From Phoronis australis (Eukaryota; Animalia; Phoronida): 64,000 nucleotides of DNA. This document shows, in pieces, positions 47,752 to 62,600 of the stretch (the stretch's first letter is position 1; the number at the start of each line of letters is the position of its first letter). The DNA is taken from NCBI GenBank assembly GCA_002633005.1, contig NMRA01000246.1, positions 7,311 to 71,310 of the forward strand. The letters are read 5' to 3'. Under the pieces are notes generated by a model. That model did no database searches. It saw nothing but the letters and a program-made list of their open reading frames with translations, and was not told the DNA's origin. The position numbers were made by a program, and so were the translations under genes.

Positions 47752-50700
47752 GCGAGGGATGTCGTTTTTGAAAGACTTTACGGGAAGGACTGGATCCCGT
47801 GATTGTCAATACTAATGCCGCTTAGTTGTTTCTGGTACAACACGGATATGGAGCGTCCTTAAACATTGGCAAAAATATCCTAAGGCGTCTGTGGCGTGGA
47901 AAAAATCTTTAAAACAGTAATCCTTTCACGTGACAATAAAATGAGTGACCCGGCGGTTGTCCATGATCATTGCCAATAGTTTGACCCTGTGAACGCAACA
48001 CGTCACAACAAGGCCTCCAACACACAAACCAGTGGCAATGGGGAAACGAAAGGCTCAGTTATATTGTTTTCACTTACTTATTGTTCATCACGAATCTTCT
48101 TGCTGATCGACACTTGCTCACCTGATCATGATTCCTTATCCGGTGAATAAACAGGGGGCGTTCCGTAAACGCAACTCGCGAACAAGCAAGATCATGCACG
48201 ACTACGCAGAATCACACTAAACAGCTCATTATTCAAAATGACTTATTCTTATTAAAATGACACAGGCAAAAATTGAAGTTCGGGCCTCAAAAGCGAGACC
48301 TCCTATATTAATATAGGGACCTCGCCGAAAGGCGGCCGGAGAGCGGGGCCCTCTTAAATAATATATGAGCCCCGCTGTCTGGTTACCTTTCTACGGGGCC
48401 GCCTATTTTCATACAGGGGGCGTCGCTTTTGACGCCCGAAATTAAATTTTTGCCTATGTCATTTTAATGAGAATAAGTCATTTTAAATTATAAGCTGTTA
48501 CTAATAAGTGCTTCTCAAGTTGGCACGGGGCCATAACACCGTATCCCAGCAAAAAATGGGCATTGAAGTGTTTGGCTGGTGAAGTTGGACAGCTCAAGTT
48601 TAATCGTGGGATAGAATTCGCTGGTGTCCAAGTACTTTGCGCGTGTCTAGGTAACGTAACCCAGCGTGCACGAGACTCTCGATCAGTGAAAGTAGTGCGA
48701 TCACGTGCTTCGCTTGTAATTTGCAACTCGGAGGACATGTTTCAGTCTGAGTCTACGGAATGCAGTCCGCTTGTCAAGGTGACAGCTGGTTTCCGCATGT
48801 GAAAGGATATTACACACGACTGAGCATTGTGCACAGTTTTCAATTCTAACGTTTTACTACTTGATGTTTGTCACAGATAGCATTTTGCTGTTTTAATATC
48901 ATCAAATTTTAATGAGCTATGAGTACATTTTCAAAGAATTTACTCTTTCCGCTTCATTTTAGTCAAAAACTTCACCAGAACGGGTTTTGACGCAGGTTAG
49001 TTCAGTCGAGGCTTGAGATCAATGAATTGCTTATTCAACGTAACTCCGAATATTTTCAAACTAAATTGAATTAAATGTGAACTTGTGGTTCAATTTTTGT
49101 TTTTGGTGGTGCACCACCACCTAAAATAGCCACCAATGTGAGTGACAGCTGACTCATGCATTATGGGTACTCACTCAACTGCCACCACATGCCGTTTCCA
49201 CCTAAACCCCTGATCCACTTTTAAATGAATTAATAATAAAATAAAACAAACACAAATGGAAATGAACGTTACGAGATGTTTACATTTCAGTGAAGGACAA
49301 AACACATCCTGTGTTCTAAATTGGTAAATATAAATACACAAAACGTACCGAGAGTGGCTGGGTTCACATTTTTACACTAAATTGATTTACTTCAATTTTG
49401 TAAAACGCGTATTACTTCAAACAGAAAACAGCTCATGGAAGCCTCACTGGCAACTCAGGAATGCAAGACGAGACATGGGCATCCTGCCAGTCAATGATGC
49501 AATTTACACTTAATAGATGGCGCAACAACTGGACGTAAACCCATTTGCATTCTAGACCTGCATCTGACGGGTCTGTTTCTTTTTGAAAAACCTGTACCAC
49601 GAATGATCCAGAAAGCAGATCATTACATTCACATTCATATTGTGCAAATAAATTGTGCTACGTGATAATCTAATAAATACCAGACTATAAAAATAGAGGA
49701 ACGAGCATCGACAATAATACAGTAGCTAAGATTAACGAAGTTTAGAACTAGATAAAAACAGAAACAGAAAGAGAAGACTCAAAAGTAGGGAAATTTGAAG
49801 TCATCCAGGGAGTCACTGATACTCAATAAAAATCGACATGATTTGCAGATGTTTTGATTTGGATGTAATAGTCTCAAATATTTTCGGAGGTATAACCGAG
49901 TACCTTGCTGCCCGTATCAGAACTAAACAGACCGCAGTGACAACCGGACAATTGAAACTCTAACTCAGTCTTAGTGGCGATATCATGTGAACATGTCGTG
50001 TGGGATCAGTTACACTCTATGGATGTCACTTCAGACAAGGCACCAAGTGGAACACTGAGCGAAAGATGAACGTTCTAAAATGTGATAGAGCATCAATACT
50101 AGTAGACGTCATCTCGTTACAGTAACGAGGTAAATATCTCGCTAGGGCTCACAACATACTGATGTACATTTTAAACCAACACTCCTGCAATTAGGCAACT
50201 TTTTAGAAGAAAAGATACACCAGGCTTCGAGGGAATGAAATTTAGAAGATAAAAAGAAGTCTTGTGGAGTCACAATATTTGCCAAGTAAAAACTTTGTCG
50301 GGTCACCAAGGAGTCACTACAGCAGCAGCATTTATTTTCATAAAAATGCGTCAGTTTTTAAACAGTTAAAACAGTATTGGGGGTACTTGACATCGATCTA
50401 TTAGTGTAGAACCAAGAGCAACATGCAAATTACAACTGCTGTTAATAGGTGGCGTTATAGTATTGCTGAACCCAGTTCCGTTGCTTCTGTCGGCACTGTA
50501 TGAGGGAAAATCGGGTTTTGCCAAAAGACGTTTAGGTCTTAACCACGGTATATTTGAGCCCGAGATTCAATTGGTGTTATTGGGCATAAAATTTAGAAAA
50601 CGAAACTTACTGTATGTGTGATTTGGCCAGAAGCACACAATTACCTTTTGAAGTAAACCTGTATAAAAGGGTGTTCCTGTGTAGGGACAAACCCTGTGAC

Positions 50701-53228
50701 AGAGGATAGAAACATTCCAAATCGTCATCGACAAAACTCCGACTAAACTGGTCAAGCAAGCCATATTTTATGTGTCGTGTTTCTTCTCGACATATCTCGT
50801 GTTTTTGGTAGTCTGGCTCTTTACTTTTTGTGACAAATTATTCTGGCTATAATAGTAAAGGGCCCTGGATGACTCGGAAATTAAATGCGGCAATGCATTT
50901 ACTGTACACATTTCTGCTGTTGATTTCTTTATAGATCCATTGATTTATTAATTTATTTAACATAGACTGACAATAAAATAGTAATCCAACCTCAGTGGAA
51001 CAAAGGAATGCGGAATGACAGGTTCATGTATTTTCTGATCACCAATCGCCATTACATCAAATCAGCTCTAAATTCGACAACTTTACACTAGAGAACTGAC
51101 TCGTTTATACCAGTATACAATCTGCATGGTAGGAAAAGGGAAATCGAACGATTATATTTTATCAATTAGCACCAGGAACAACACACGTAGTCATGTGCTA
51201 CACAGTAAGATGACAAACCAGAATCTTTTTTGGAATTTGTGTCGGTCCAAATTTTTACGTTCTGCGTGCATGAACTTCAGTCCAGGAGCTTAGTACTTCA
51301 TAATGACGTCGTTGGCAGTTAGGGAGGGGGATTGTCCAGATGAATTCCTAGATAATTAGTAGTTTTCGCAGATTCTGTTTTCACCTCATTTAATTTTTAA
51401 ACCATTTGGATTAACCAGTTTTCAAATTGAACAAAAATGCTCTCTATAACAAAACATGTTTTGTAGGTAGTTTTGTTGTTTGGCAATACACGCATATAGC
51501 TAGTTACCTGGATTTCTGATTGCAAGTTCTTGAGTGTATGTTCGAAAATATCACTTGCCTGCATGTATATGGCTCTTGTAGTACGCGTGAGTGCGACCGC
51601 TGGCTGGGATGAAAGTGCTTTGAACAGGTGTAAACATGGTTCGACACGTAAACTGTTGGAAAGAAATCGAAATGTTTTCGCCAAAAACAGTCTATATGGG
51701 TTCACAAACATTGATAGAAAAGTGTCACCTCGTACATGCCCTTCACCGTGGCCTGACGCTTGGGAAACAACATGTATCAAGTAAATTTCAAATCAGTATA
51801 ACAGACTGCCACAGTCTGGAAGTAGTCTTAAGAACCCATGTGCACGGATAAATTCGAAAAAATGTTTAATGTGTGCGGGCACAATGCATTTATGAAGAGA
51901 TGGGCGTGTTCCTTTGATGAAAAAGGACTGTAGGACAGAAAATACCTATCTGGCAAACTGGAAACGGCCCGATGTCAGGACTAGCGAACTAGATCTTGAA
52001 CCCGTTTTAGTTCAGTAACAGTCGTGCCCTTGGCAAGTTTCCTAACTCAAATAATCCTTATTTGTTCATTTTGGTGTTTTCAAAAACATTGCATATGGCG
52101 TTGATTGCACCTTTGCATATCCGCAGAAAATAAATTTACTTTCACCAGCTACACCAAATGAGTCTCAGTGAAAGATAACACTTAAGCAGCATTTAAAAAA
52201 TAGCAACTCTTTGAGAACTGGCGTTTTGACTATTAATTTGCAAGTCAATCAAAATTGTTTATTATCGTTCAACAATGGCGGCCAGTTTGTTGATGCATCA
52301 CAGAAATTCAAAAATAAACACAAGAAATTATTTATTGTTGTGAACACGGGGGTAAACCAAATCTTTAAACAAAAAGAAAGCTTTTCTCAGTCATTTCAGA
52401 GGCACTCTGAAGAAATTCGCTACTGAACGAAGCTAATGAGATGACGTGCTTCGCTTGTAATACCTGGAGATATCTCGCGTGCCCTTGGGTTTTCTAAGTT
52501 CTAGCATCTACGGAACGCACACGTGGTCTTTGTCGGGAGTCACATTCTGGCAAATTTCGACAGGCTCATTTTGAGAAACTCAGGCCTATCCTAATGCTCT
52601 AAAAATATGCCGGCAAAATAACCGTTTTCAATGTTTACAGGTATGTAACAAAAACAAGATATTAGATTTCGTCATTCATTCACAGCATATCACTGCCGGG
52701 ACGCTAGGTTTTCACTATGAAGCCGAATTTTTGGTTGTCTGTCTGAGTATGTTCGTAATTTATGTACCCAATTAATGAATTTACCCCACAATCATTATTT
52801 CACGGTGGTAATTTACGCACCAGCCATGAGTACTGATATTCAGCATTTTCCCGCGATATTCGCAGCCCGTCTGCTACTACTGAAGTACGCATGACAGGAA
52901 GTAACTCGCTGGGGAAAAGACGTCAAAGTTGAGTGGGTTTCGTATTGGAAAACAAATCGTGCTAATTTACGAAGTGAATGTACTACTTACGGGTTTGAGG
53001 AAATACTTCACCTCAACATGTGAGCACAAGGTGTATTGCAGAGTCGGATACATCACTTCAAGTGCCTTTTAAGCTAGATTTGACGTAAATATTTCAGCTT
53101 TGTTGACGGCGATTTTTCCTCCGTTTTCGCCCAACAACTTCACTGGTCAGGACAGAACGAACTTGTGACTCGGCCCCGAACAGCGCTAACAAATGATTAG
53201 TTAAAGGTTACTTCAGCTTCAGTGGAGC

Positions 53229-53322
53229 ATGGCTAAAGATCAGGATATTATAGAAGCTGTGCGTGAGCAAAACTTGGAAGTTTTACATAAAATTTTGCTA
53301 AAGAATAAGCCTGGGAAGTCCA
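53229..53322 (+). CDS. CASKIN: First coding exon of a Caskin-like (ANKS1/Caskin family) ankyrin-repeat scaffold protein; intron 1 appears to run past the window end
   Basis: MAKDQDIIEAVREQNLEVLHKILLKNKPGKS + A|GTAAGT. Resembles the CASKIN1 N-terminus [31 protein letters not shown]. Good Kozak context (gagcATGG), a CpG-richer upstream region, and an ETS-like CAGGAAGT near 52895. Confidence 0.75.
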
Positions 53323-56300
53323 GTAAGTATAGTCGTTTTTTACTACTAATATAACTCGACTTTTTGTTTCTCATACAGAACTGACTTAACATAAATTTCA
53401 TTGAGTATCCTATGCTAAACAAATATATCTTTTAACACAACTTTCCTGTGAAGGTGTATCCCTGTGGAAATTTGGCCATTTTTTCTATTTGTTCCTGAAA
53501 ACCATGTACCAACAGAAGTATATGTAATAACTGTCTGGTCTGACACACGGGTGGATATTATGACATTTAGGCCTACCCTTTTGATCAGAGTGTGTATAAA
53601 GTCGAGTCCAATTTCCTATTAAGTCTAAACCTACGTATCATCCTAACACCAAACATACAGTATGTCAAGAAGCCCTCTTCTGTTGTCTATTAATATTATA
53701 TCTGACTCACTTGTTTTTATTTGACTAACACTTCATGTGTAAAAAGCCAATGTTTACACAAGTCACTGGAGGCCGTATTTTGTCTAGGTATGACCTTTTG
53801 TATGCCTCTGGGTTCTCATACCTAAATGATAACATCCGTCCCAGACCATATATTATATTACTGATATGTTCTCTGGTCAAAAACAAAGAATGGCTTAGAT
53901 AAATAGTGACGGACAGGTAGAAACTAACTGTCAAACTTTAATGTACTGACACACTTGAATTCAGTGCTGAAGGCTTGGTCATTTTTATTAGCTTTAACAA
54001 GTTTGTGTTGATGCCTTGGAGGTGGTATACATCTTTGAGTTTTGCATGATGGCACGATTTACTTCACGCCAGCTTCACCTGTGTGTGGTAGAACATTCTT
54101 TCTGTGTATACAAGGCCAAGTGTATCACCTGAGTACATTAATTTTGCATGAATGCGAACTGTGAAGTAACAACTTGAGATTTATTTATGAATCTCGCACT
54201 TGATTTCCTTTGTTAGTGTTGAGGTAATCCTTCCGTAGAGGTCTGATTAAAGCTTTTGTTGGGTCACTTCCAGGTAATCAATAATCAAGTTGAGATATGA
54301 ATAAAGTCCAAATGAAGCGTTTCAAAAATTTCCCAATTTGGAACATTGGTTGAAGTTGTCTCAAAATTTCTGAAGCTTGCTAATTATTGTGTGTCATTGG
54401 AAATACAAAAGTTGGAATAAACTGTAACTAATTTTCAAAATTTTTGTAAGTGGATGGGGACATCTTCCTTATCGGTGATTCAATTTTCTTTTCCACTTTC
54501 CAACAGTATGTAGAGTCCAAAATTGAGAAACATTACAGTACCAGTAAAATAAAATGTACCCTTGTTCCCTTTGCGAGAAGAAAAAAAATCACTTCCAGTT
54601 CTGGTATACCAATTAATATAACTGTTATTATATAATCATCCTAAAAATGTCATAAGTTCATTTAAACTTTTGACAGTTTGTTAAATTTTACAATCGGAGC
54701 TGATGAGTATTTAACTCTTTATTGGTTCCTCTCAAAGACCGTAATTTTCCTACCAATGGGCAATGAGGCTAGTTCTTAGCAATGGGTTATTGGCTTTGGT
54801 TGATAACTGTTATTGAGAATTTTTTGATGTACTGTCATAGGCTGTGGAAACATTTCCACATTGATCCTCTGAATCTCAATCCTAAACCGAGATACACCAA
54901 GCCTGCAGTGCATTTCATGCCCCTAATTTCCTCAAACATGCACACACACACACACACGCCCACATTCGGTACTCACATCCCTGATAATACTCCATACCTG
55001 CCATTCCATACTCGAGGCCATATTCTAGATTGGATCCATGGGTGTGGAAGAAGAATCTGGTCCTAGGGTGTGGAGTTTGGTTACCGAGTAAAATGAGTGT
55101 TTTGGGTATGCGTGTGCCTGTGTTGTTAAGGGGTGCGGTTATGGAATTTGGGAATTTAGGGATAAAAGCTGTATTTTAGAGGTTAAGGCATGGAATGGTT
55201 TCCTTTTTGCATTTCTGGCGGGTTGACATGTAGTCTGTAGGTCATTGGCATTACTGGACTCTACCCTGGTCACAGTCTCCCTAACATTCCAGGGCTATTC
55301 ATGATGCCAGTCAGGGGTACTCTCACACCAAGTACCTTTTCAATAGCAAGATACACTGTGCAGTGTGTTGATTACACTCCCACTTCTGTTCAGCCACTGT
55401 CCACTGTATTGTTGGACTTCATTGTGCATACCTGTCCAGTGGCAGTTTGCCATACCTGGACTGATTGCTTTTGTTCATGCATGACACAGGTAGATTTGCC
55501 CATTAATCACCTACTCCCTAACAGGATTCTTTGCTTTCTTATGTAATTCGGGTTCCTCACCTGGGACATACATTTAGAATGGCCATGATGCCTAGACTGG
55601 TGGAATTAGTCAAAGTATTACCCTGGCACATTTGTCACCTGGGTACAGTACCAAGGAAGCTTTTGTATCCTTATGTAATTGACAGTTTGGCACCTTGTTC
55701 AAATTTACCTCACAAAGTTTGTGGCCATTATCAGTGGTGAGTCACAAGTTATTAGCCTGGCCACAGATCCACTGACATATTGTTTGATTTAGTGGGGTGT
55801 AAAGAAATTAACTCCAGATTTGTGTTGAATCCTGTGTCCTCCTTATCTGTTTTAGAACTCTGGTGATGTATACTGTATGTGAGTTAGCAAAATTTAATAC
55901 ACATATGACCTCAACAATGCCAAGTTATCCATTTCCATGTTACATATTGCATATCTAATGCTTCTCTACCGGCCTAACATGTGCTAAACATGTGCTTAAC
56001 ATTAAATTTCCTACTAGTGAAATAAACTACATGAATTGATTTAATGAAGGTTATGTATTAAACAAAACATACAGGTGTATGTTGACAAGCAAGCTAATGT
56101 GTTGATGATAAATGAGACTTAACTCATTGTGGTACAAAGCTGACTGCATCACATGGGATGTTCTTTTACATGTGTTTATGCATGCTACACAGACTTCTTA
56201 TTTCAATGAACATCGAAGCAAAAGGTCAGTTAAATTGTTTTTGAAGATAGCTTTAGTGTCATTAGTATCACAATGTGATGTTAGAAATTATGGTTTCAAC

Positions 56301-58343
56301 AATTCAAGGCATTACGCGATGAACCCTTTACCTTGCCCTTGCAACATTTTACCACACAGGTCGACTGGCTGTGCTTGCTGTACATACCTGAGATCTGACC
56401 AAACAGTTCACCTGACAAGCGGGAACACTTGTGCCAAATCTCATGCTCTCCATCTTGAATTAACTACGCAGCTTTTTCATGGTCGAGTATTTTTTGTTTG
56501 CGGCTTATTTAACCGTTACTAGCTGCAAGATGTTTATAAACATAAAAATAACACCAGTTCAAATTCATTTGCAGGGCCCTTGTTCACCTGAGGGGAATGG
56601 TGCCTGTGTTGTCTAAGCTCTGTCTCAGAGCTAAAACTAACTTTTTGTGCTCTTTCAAATTGTCACCTGTGTGAGTTACTCATAAGTGATTCGAAACTCG
56701 AGTGGAAGTTTTCTGTCGCTTGAGGGGAGTTTTTCAGGGTAATGGGGCCCATTTTTGGCCCCAAAATCGAAGGATTGAGGAAACTGATTTGGTTTGTCTT
56801 CAAACAAGTCATTAACTCGTAAGCAGTTAACTATGACCGTTTAAAAATGCTCCAAAATCAAACCGGGTTTTGCTCTAGTGCAGAGTGCCAAATTCTGAAT
56901 ATATACTTTCATGGGTTTCTCAGGAATGTTGGAAAATGTAAAGTTTGTGAAGAGATACTAGCACTGATAAACATGCCTTTAGTGAAAAAATGAACTTTTG
57001 ATATAGACTTCTTACCTGTATAAAACTAGTCGTGATTTATTTGCTATTCTGATGAGAAGTGGGTTCATTACCATAATGGTTGAAACCATGTGTGGAACAT
57101 AAAATGACTTCCATGGATAGCCTGAGCTAAGGCGTACAAACCTTGTGAGCAAAGAAAGTGTGATTATGTCCTTTGATTGCTTATAATGCATGGTAATGTC
57201 TTGTGTTTTCGTGACGTATTGTATTTATGATAACCCTGGTCTGAAATAACTTGTAATTTAAGTTGAGATCAATTTCATATAAGTAGTCTAAATCAAGACT
57301 TTTCTAATGTAGGAATTGGGTTTATAGTACCTTTGAGAGATTATATACTGATTTGTTAACGGCCTCAGTTTTCTGAGCTTGTTCTTGTTGTGATTACCTT
57401 TTCAAGTAAATGTCAGTAATTGATGGATGTGGTCTGGAAAACCTATTCGCTATGAATTGTCTTCTGCAGAGCCAAGCGGTGTTTGAAAATGGTCTAGAGA
57501 ACGCCATGGTCTCATTTGATGGGCTTATTTAGTAAATTCCGTGAATCCTATTCACATTGTCCACCTGTGCTACCTCAGGAAGCGTTTATCAAATTACATA
57601 ATAACAGGGGTAAGCAGTTTTTTGCCCAAACGCTGATTCACGTTCATACTTTTTGTCTAATCCAACATGGCTTGATAGAAACTGAGTCATATAGGATTTG
57701 AAATGTGAACTGTTGCCTTTGTCATTTTGTTAAACTTGGGGATTGTCTAATTTAATTCTTTCGTGTGTCCATCTTGCAGGTGACTTGAAAATAAGTCTCT
57801 GTGTTTGTGACAGTTATGCTTCACTGTCTACAGCAGCCACACATGAATTGCATAGTTGTATTTGTAGTTTTTATCAACTGAATACAACTACAATGCTGCG
57901 ATCAATGATAATGCCCCAAAGCTATAGATTTCCACAGGCTCCCTCATATAGAATAATACTGCCAGATTGTTTTGAATATTTGCATTGGGCCAGATAATGT
58001 TTAATTACCCGAGTCAATATGATATCTGTTCTATTGCTCATTGTGGATTATTGGTCTAGTCACATTAAACACCCTCGTTAACCAACCTTGATTTATTTCC
58101 AGCCAATTGTCCCTGTCATTGAGCTAATTACCGCGCAAAGTGTTGTCTAAGGATGTGTGTTACAAGTTGGTATCTGATTTCACCGTAGTACAATATGTAA
58201 ATAATAAAAATGGTACATAATAAAAATGGAATTGCAACATTTACTCCCATAAAATCGCTGGCACATTATTCCTTTTTTGATAGAACTCTATTTTTGTTTC
58301 TTTGGCAACTAGAACATCAAATAATCACTGACTCATGAGAAGA

Positions 58344-58439
58344 CTTCAAAGTTTATTGGAGTTAGCTAGCCTTAAAATTGCGAATTCAGAAAACCCTTCA
58401 AAGTTTATTGGCGGTTGCTAGCCTTAAAATTGCGAATTC
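58344..58439. repeat. Imperfect tandem duplication, period about 52 bp
   Basis: cttcaaagtttattgg...gctagccttaaaattgcgaattca occurs twice. Confidence 0.9.
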
Positions 58440-59503
58440 AAGATGATGCATGCTGGGCTGAGCTTGCAACTCTTGCTTTTACAGACATCCAAATTCTTTT
58501 GTGTTTCCTGCAAATTGATTTTACGACTAAAATAGCCTTGTTCAGGTTGGGGTACACTATGTTCTTTCGACAGATGTAATTGGTAAAATAGAACATTTTG
58601 GTGAAAATTTTACTTGCCAGTTAATGCTTGATCAGGTTTTGTTTCAAGTAATTTTGTTGTCATTTAGTTATAGTAAGTTGTAGCCTTGATTGTCAGTGGT
58701 GTTCATACTTCATATGCTGCTGATGCAAGACATGTTTTAGTAAGGACACCTGGTGGCTATATCGTTATTCCAGATATTAAAATGAGGGTAGTTTGAGTTA
58801 CCTGCAAAGTTTACCTGCAATTGCGTTGTGTCTGCATGTATGCGGGATGTCTGCACAAAGCATTTGATATCACTTCAGTTCTGGTGGCAGCGCTGTATGA
58901 TGTCTGTAAAATCTGATGTACATAGTTGCTTTTTCATGCACTTGATGTTTATATTTCTCAGGTAACAGGTAACAGTTTCCTGGCCATCGGTTACCTGGGC
59001 GCTCTCATATCTTATGTGTTGAAGACATTTGGGTTCTTTCCCACCAATATCCCTCCAACTCATCTTGTGATGGAGAATGTGAATAATCCAGGTTAGGACT
59101 TGCTCTGAACCACATAACCCAGGCAGTAATGAATTTCATGTTCATTTTCTAATCTAGATGGCAGTGTGTCCCAGTTGCATTTCATCACAATAAATCATAT
59201 GCAGCTGTCCCGGGTAACAGCTTCATGTTACTTTTGCGTAAATTAATCCGTTTTTGACTCCCACGTGCAGTTTTTTTAATAACAATCAGATTTGTTCATG
59301 ATGGCGTTCTGTCTCTTGATCTAATTTGAGTTGATAATGAGAAAATGTATCCAACAGAATTAACTTAAACAGCATGTCTTGGGCAGTTCTGTTACTGTGC
59401 TCTCTGGTTTTTACCATTTATTTAGACTATCACCCATGCAGGAGTGGGAAACATTGTTAATAATGTTTTACTTATTTTTCAAGTCCGTGGGAGAGAAATT
59501 GGC

Positions 59504-59607
59504 AATAGTCTGATATAACATGCCCGCATTTTGAGAACCAGTTTGATGCCCGTTATTTAGTGGGGAAAACTGGTTCTCAAAATTGGGGCACGTTATATCA
59601 GACCATT
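59504..59607. repeat. Foldback (palindromic MITE-like) element
   Basis: aatagtctgatataacatgccc..attttgagaaccagttt pairs with aaactggttctcaaaatt.gggcacgttatatcagaccatt. Confidence 0.85.
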
Positions 59608-62600
59608 ACAGAGAAATGCACAACCACTCATTTTGTTTTGTGTTTCCATGATATGGTATATGCTCTAGTTGTTATCCTTCCATGAATAGCAGGCTTGTCT
59701 TAACTCTGTTAGGGCATAACTTTTAAATTCAGGATTCAGTTTTAGTACAAGCTAACACTACAGGTTCACACCAGTGACAAAATTGCTGGCAGTTTTTCAG
59801 TGGTGAAGGCACTAATGTTTTAGCCCTACAGACAGCTGTAGGTGATGGGCATATTTTCACTGGCTGTTAATTGTTTCCCTCCACAGCTACTTTATGGTAA
59901 TGTAGGACCTTATCAGCAATGCCCTGTATTATGGAAAATGTCAAAAAATTACATGTGATCTAAGTAAAAGTATACGTTTTCTAAAAGAATTTTATTTTAG
60001 ATTTTTCGCCCATCTGCCATTCATTGGGTCATGTGATCAGGTATTTTTAATAAACTTGAGCAAAAAGAACGGTGTAGTGATAGCAAAACTGTATCAATAA
60101 AACGACCAACTTTTATTTGGTATAGGTGTTCAACATGAAATGTCAACGCTGTTAACATTTTCTAAATTATCATTTCGCTTTTGTTTTATTCAGCTTCTGA
60201 GTTATTAGCACACATGTGTTCTTTGAAGCGACCTGTGTACATAAGTGGTAGCGTAACCGCCAGCTATTTTGGGTTAGTCTCTAGGAAAACGCCAGCAAAG
60301 TGACATTTGTAGCCGTTCACATGACAGGCATTTTTGCCATTATCGAAAGTGCTAAGAAAAATGCTAGCCTTTTAGCCATTTTGTGGGTAAAGTGAAATTG
60401 CCAGCAAAGCGCCACCAAAACTGACCCCTGTAACCCTTTACATTACTTGTGTTTTTTCTCCTAGAAAAAGTGTCTTTTAGCCAGTAACTAAATGGGGCAT
60501 AAGGGACAGAATAGTTATGCTAAATTTTGGTTATAGGCTTTAAACAAGAACTGTAACTGATATTTGTTTTAAGGTCACCAGCTGTGGTTGTGCTTCAAGT
60601 TTCAAAAGTTAGGTGCAAAATATGCTTGTGAAATAAAAATGTAACTTCGAAATTCAACCCCCGAAGTCTTCAACTAAGACAGAACCACCGTATTCAAGTT
60701 CTGTGCCAAAAAGATATGCTTGTGTTTTCTGTTAACCCAGCGAGTGCAAGAAGACCATCTTGAATAACAACTCCCTGAAGATGTTAGGTGTCTGTATGGT
60801 TAATCATATGAGAACATGGTTTCAATTTTCGTATTTTTGGAATATATTGTGAGGATTTTGAGGAGCCTTCATATTTGTGGAGAGTTTCTTGTGGCCTTGT
60901 CAGCGGTGCTGTCCTGGGCAATCTATGGAGTATACCAAGTTGCTAGGTGGGTACATATTTTAACAGTGATTGTTGTATAGAATTTTGTTTGAGTTTTATC
61001 AGGGTAATGTAAATAATTGTACTTTTATTAGGTGTTAAGTGACACACGCAGAGACAATTGACAATTCAATTTTTTCTATATCGTTTTTCATTTGTTTTCT
61101 AAGTGTCTAATTTCAGCTGTATTATCTGAATGTTAGTTGAAGTGTTTGCTAACAGAATTTATTTATTTACGGTAACTGGTCTAGGTGCTTTAATTCAGAA
61201 CAGGGGTTGGGCGTTAACCAGAGCATAGGCACTTTAAACAATTTTGAAAGTCTCCTTAAACCGGTCCCCTTTAAGAATCTTTCTGAAATTTGGTGTTTTT
61301 CTATGAACACCGCAACAGGTAATGACGACATATGAGAAGGTCTGACTACCGCTGCTCCTTCTTGTGGCAATTTTGACTTTTTTACATTAACTTCTGTTTG
61401 TTTGGAGCTCCTGGACATAATTTTGTATATGAAATGTGGCATTTAGGTTTCTGTTAAGTAGACGACACCTTTATAGGATGAAACACATTCTGTACCACTG
61501 ACCATTTTTATTATTTTTGAGTCTGTTTTGGCTTTGCCTCCCTCTCTATTTGCCAAATTGCTCAAAGAATCGTGAAGAAAATTTGCAAATATTTTCCTAC
61601 TGACAGGGGCACAACTGACATTAATTGGTACAGGTCTGACTACTCTGGCATCCTGTTAGTGGCTATTTTTGCATCCACAGCTGTGTCTCCTAAACTGGCC
61701 TTGCAGGATCTTTGTGAAATATGACAAGCACATTCCTATTAACATGGGAACAGATGACAACTTCTCTCAGAGACATGGGCTGCTGCTGTGCCTCAGGGTG
61801 GCAATTGTATTTTTACATTTGCCTCTACACCTTCGAAGTTCCTAGACACATTTTAATGAAATTTAGAAAGTAGGTTTCTATGCAGTAGACTACCGACTGG
61901 GCGTTCCCATTTTCCGACATATTCGGCGTATTCTACACCATCTAGTGGCTGCTTTTGATACTAATAAACATCCTTAAAAGCATAGGGTTTGTGGTGCATT
62001 TCAAGGCATTGCTCTTGTAGTGTTACCGTAGTTGTAAGGTAAAGATTAGAATGTGAATGAGCTGAAAGAACCATTTCATTAAACTTAGTGGAAGACAACT
62101 TTAGTGTTCTCCAGGACCTGTTTTGACTTGTGTCAATAATGAGTCTGAATTCCGCCTTGGCGAGTTTGGCTTATTTGAGTCCAGCTTGGGAACCTACCTA
62201 ACAAGTTTGAACTTTTCGAAGATTATATTTTTCTTAATCAGATTAGGACATTTTGGACTTTTGGCTCATGTCCAATGAATTCATATATCCCTAGACTTAA
62301 CACAGTAACTCCCCCTAGTATAGGCATAGACTTTGGAACATGTTTATTAGTTTTGTAATTCCCGTTGAGTTTGAACTTTTTTGAGACAGAGCACACTGCA
62401 ATAAAACTTCTTTGATTTGGGCAAAAATAGTTGTTAAAATTGCCAATTTCCTGTTTCTCATTTTTGTAAATGGTGAAAATTTTACCTAATGTTGTTTGGA
62501 AACAACTGTCCCATACATTTTACCATTCTAAAAGCAAAGTAAAATTTCCTAAAATTTACTTTTGTTGAGAAATTCGTCATCAACCGAAGAATTTTTACCA

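Noticed and set aside
54860-55190. C-rich segment followed by a G-rich segment
   Set aside because: Only loosely inverted and low in complexity. Probably an old MITE; no boundaries could be supported.
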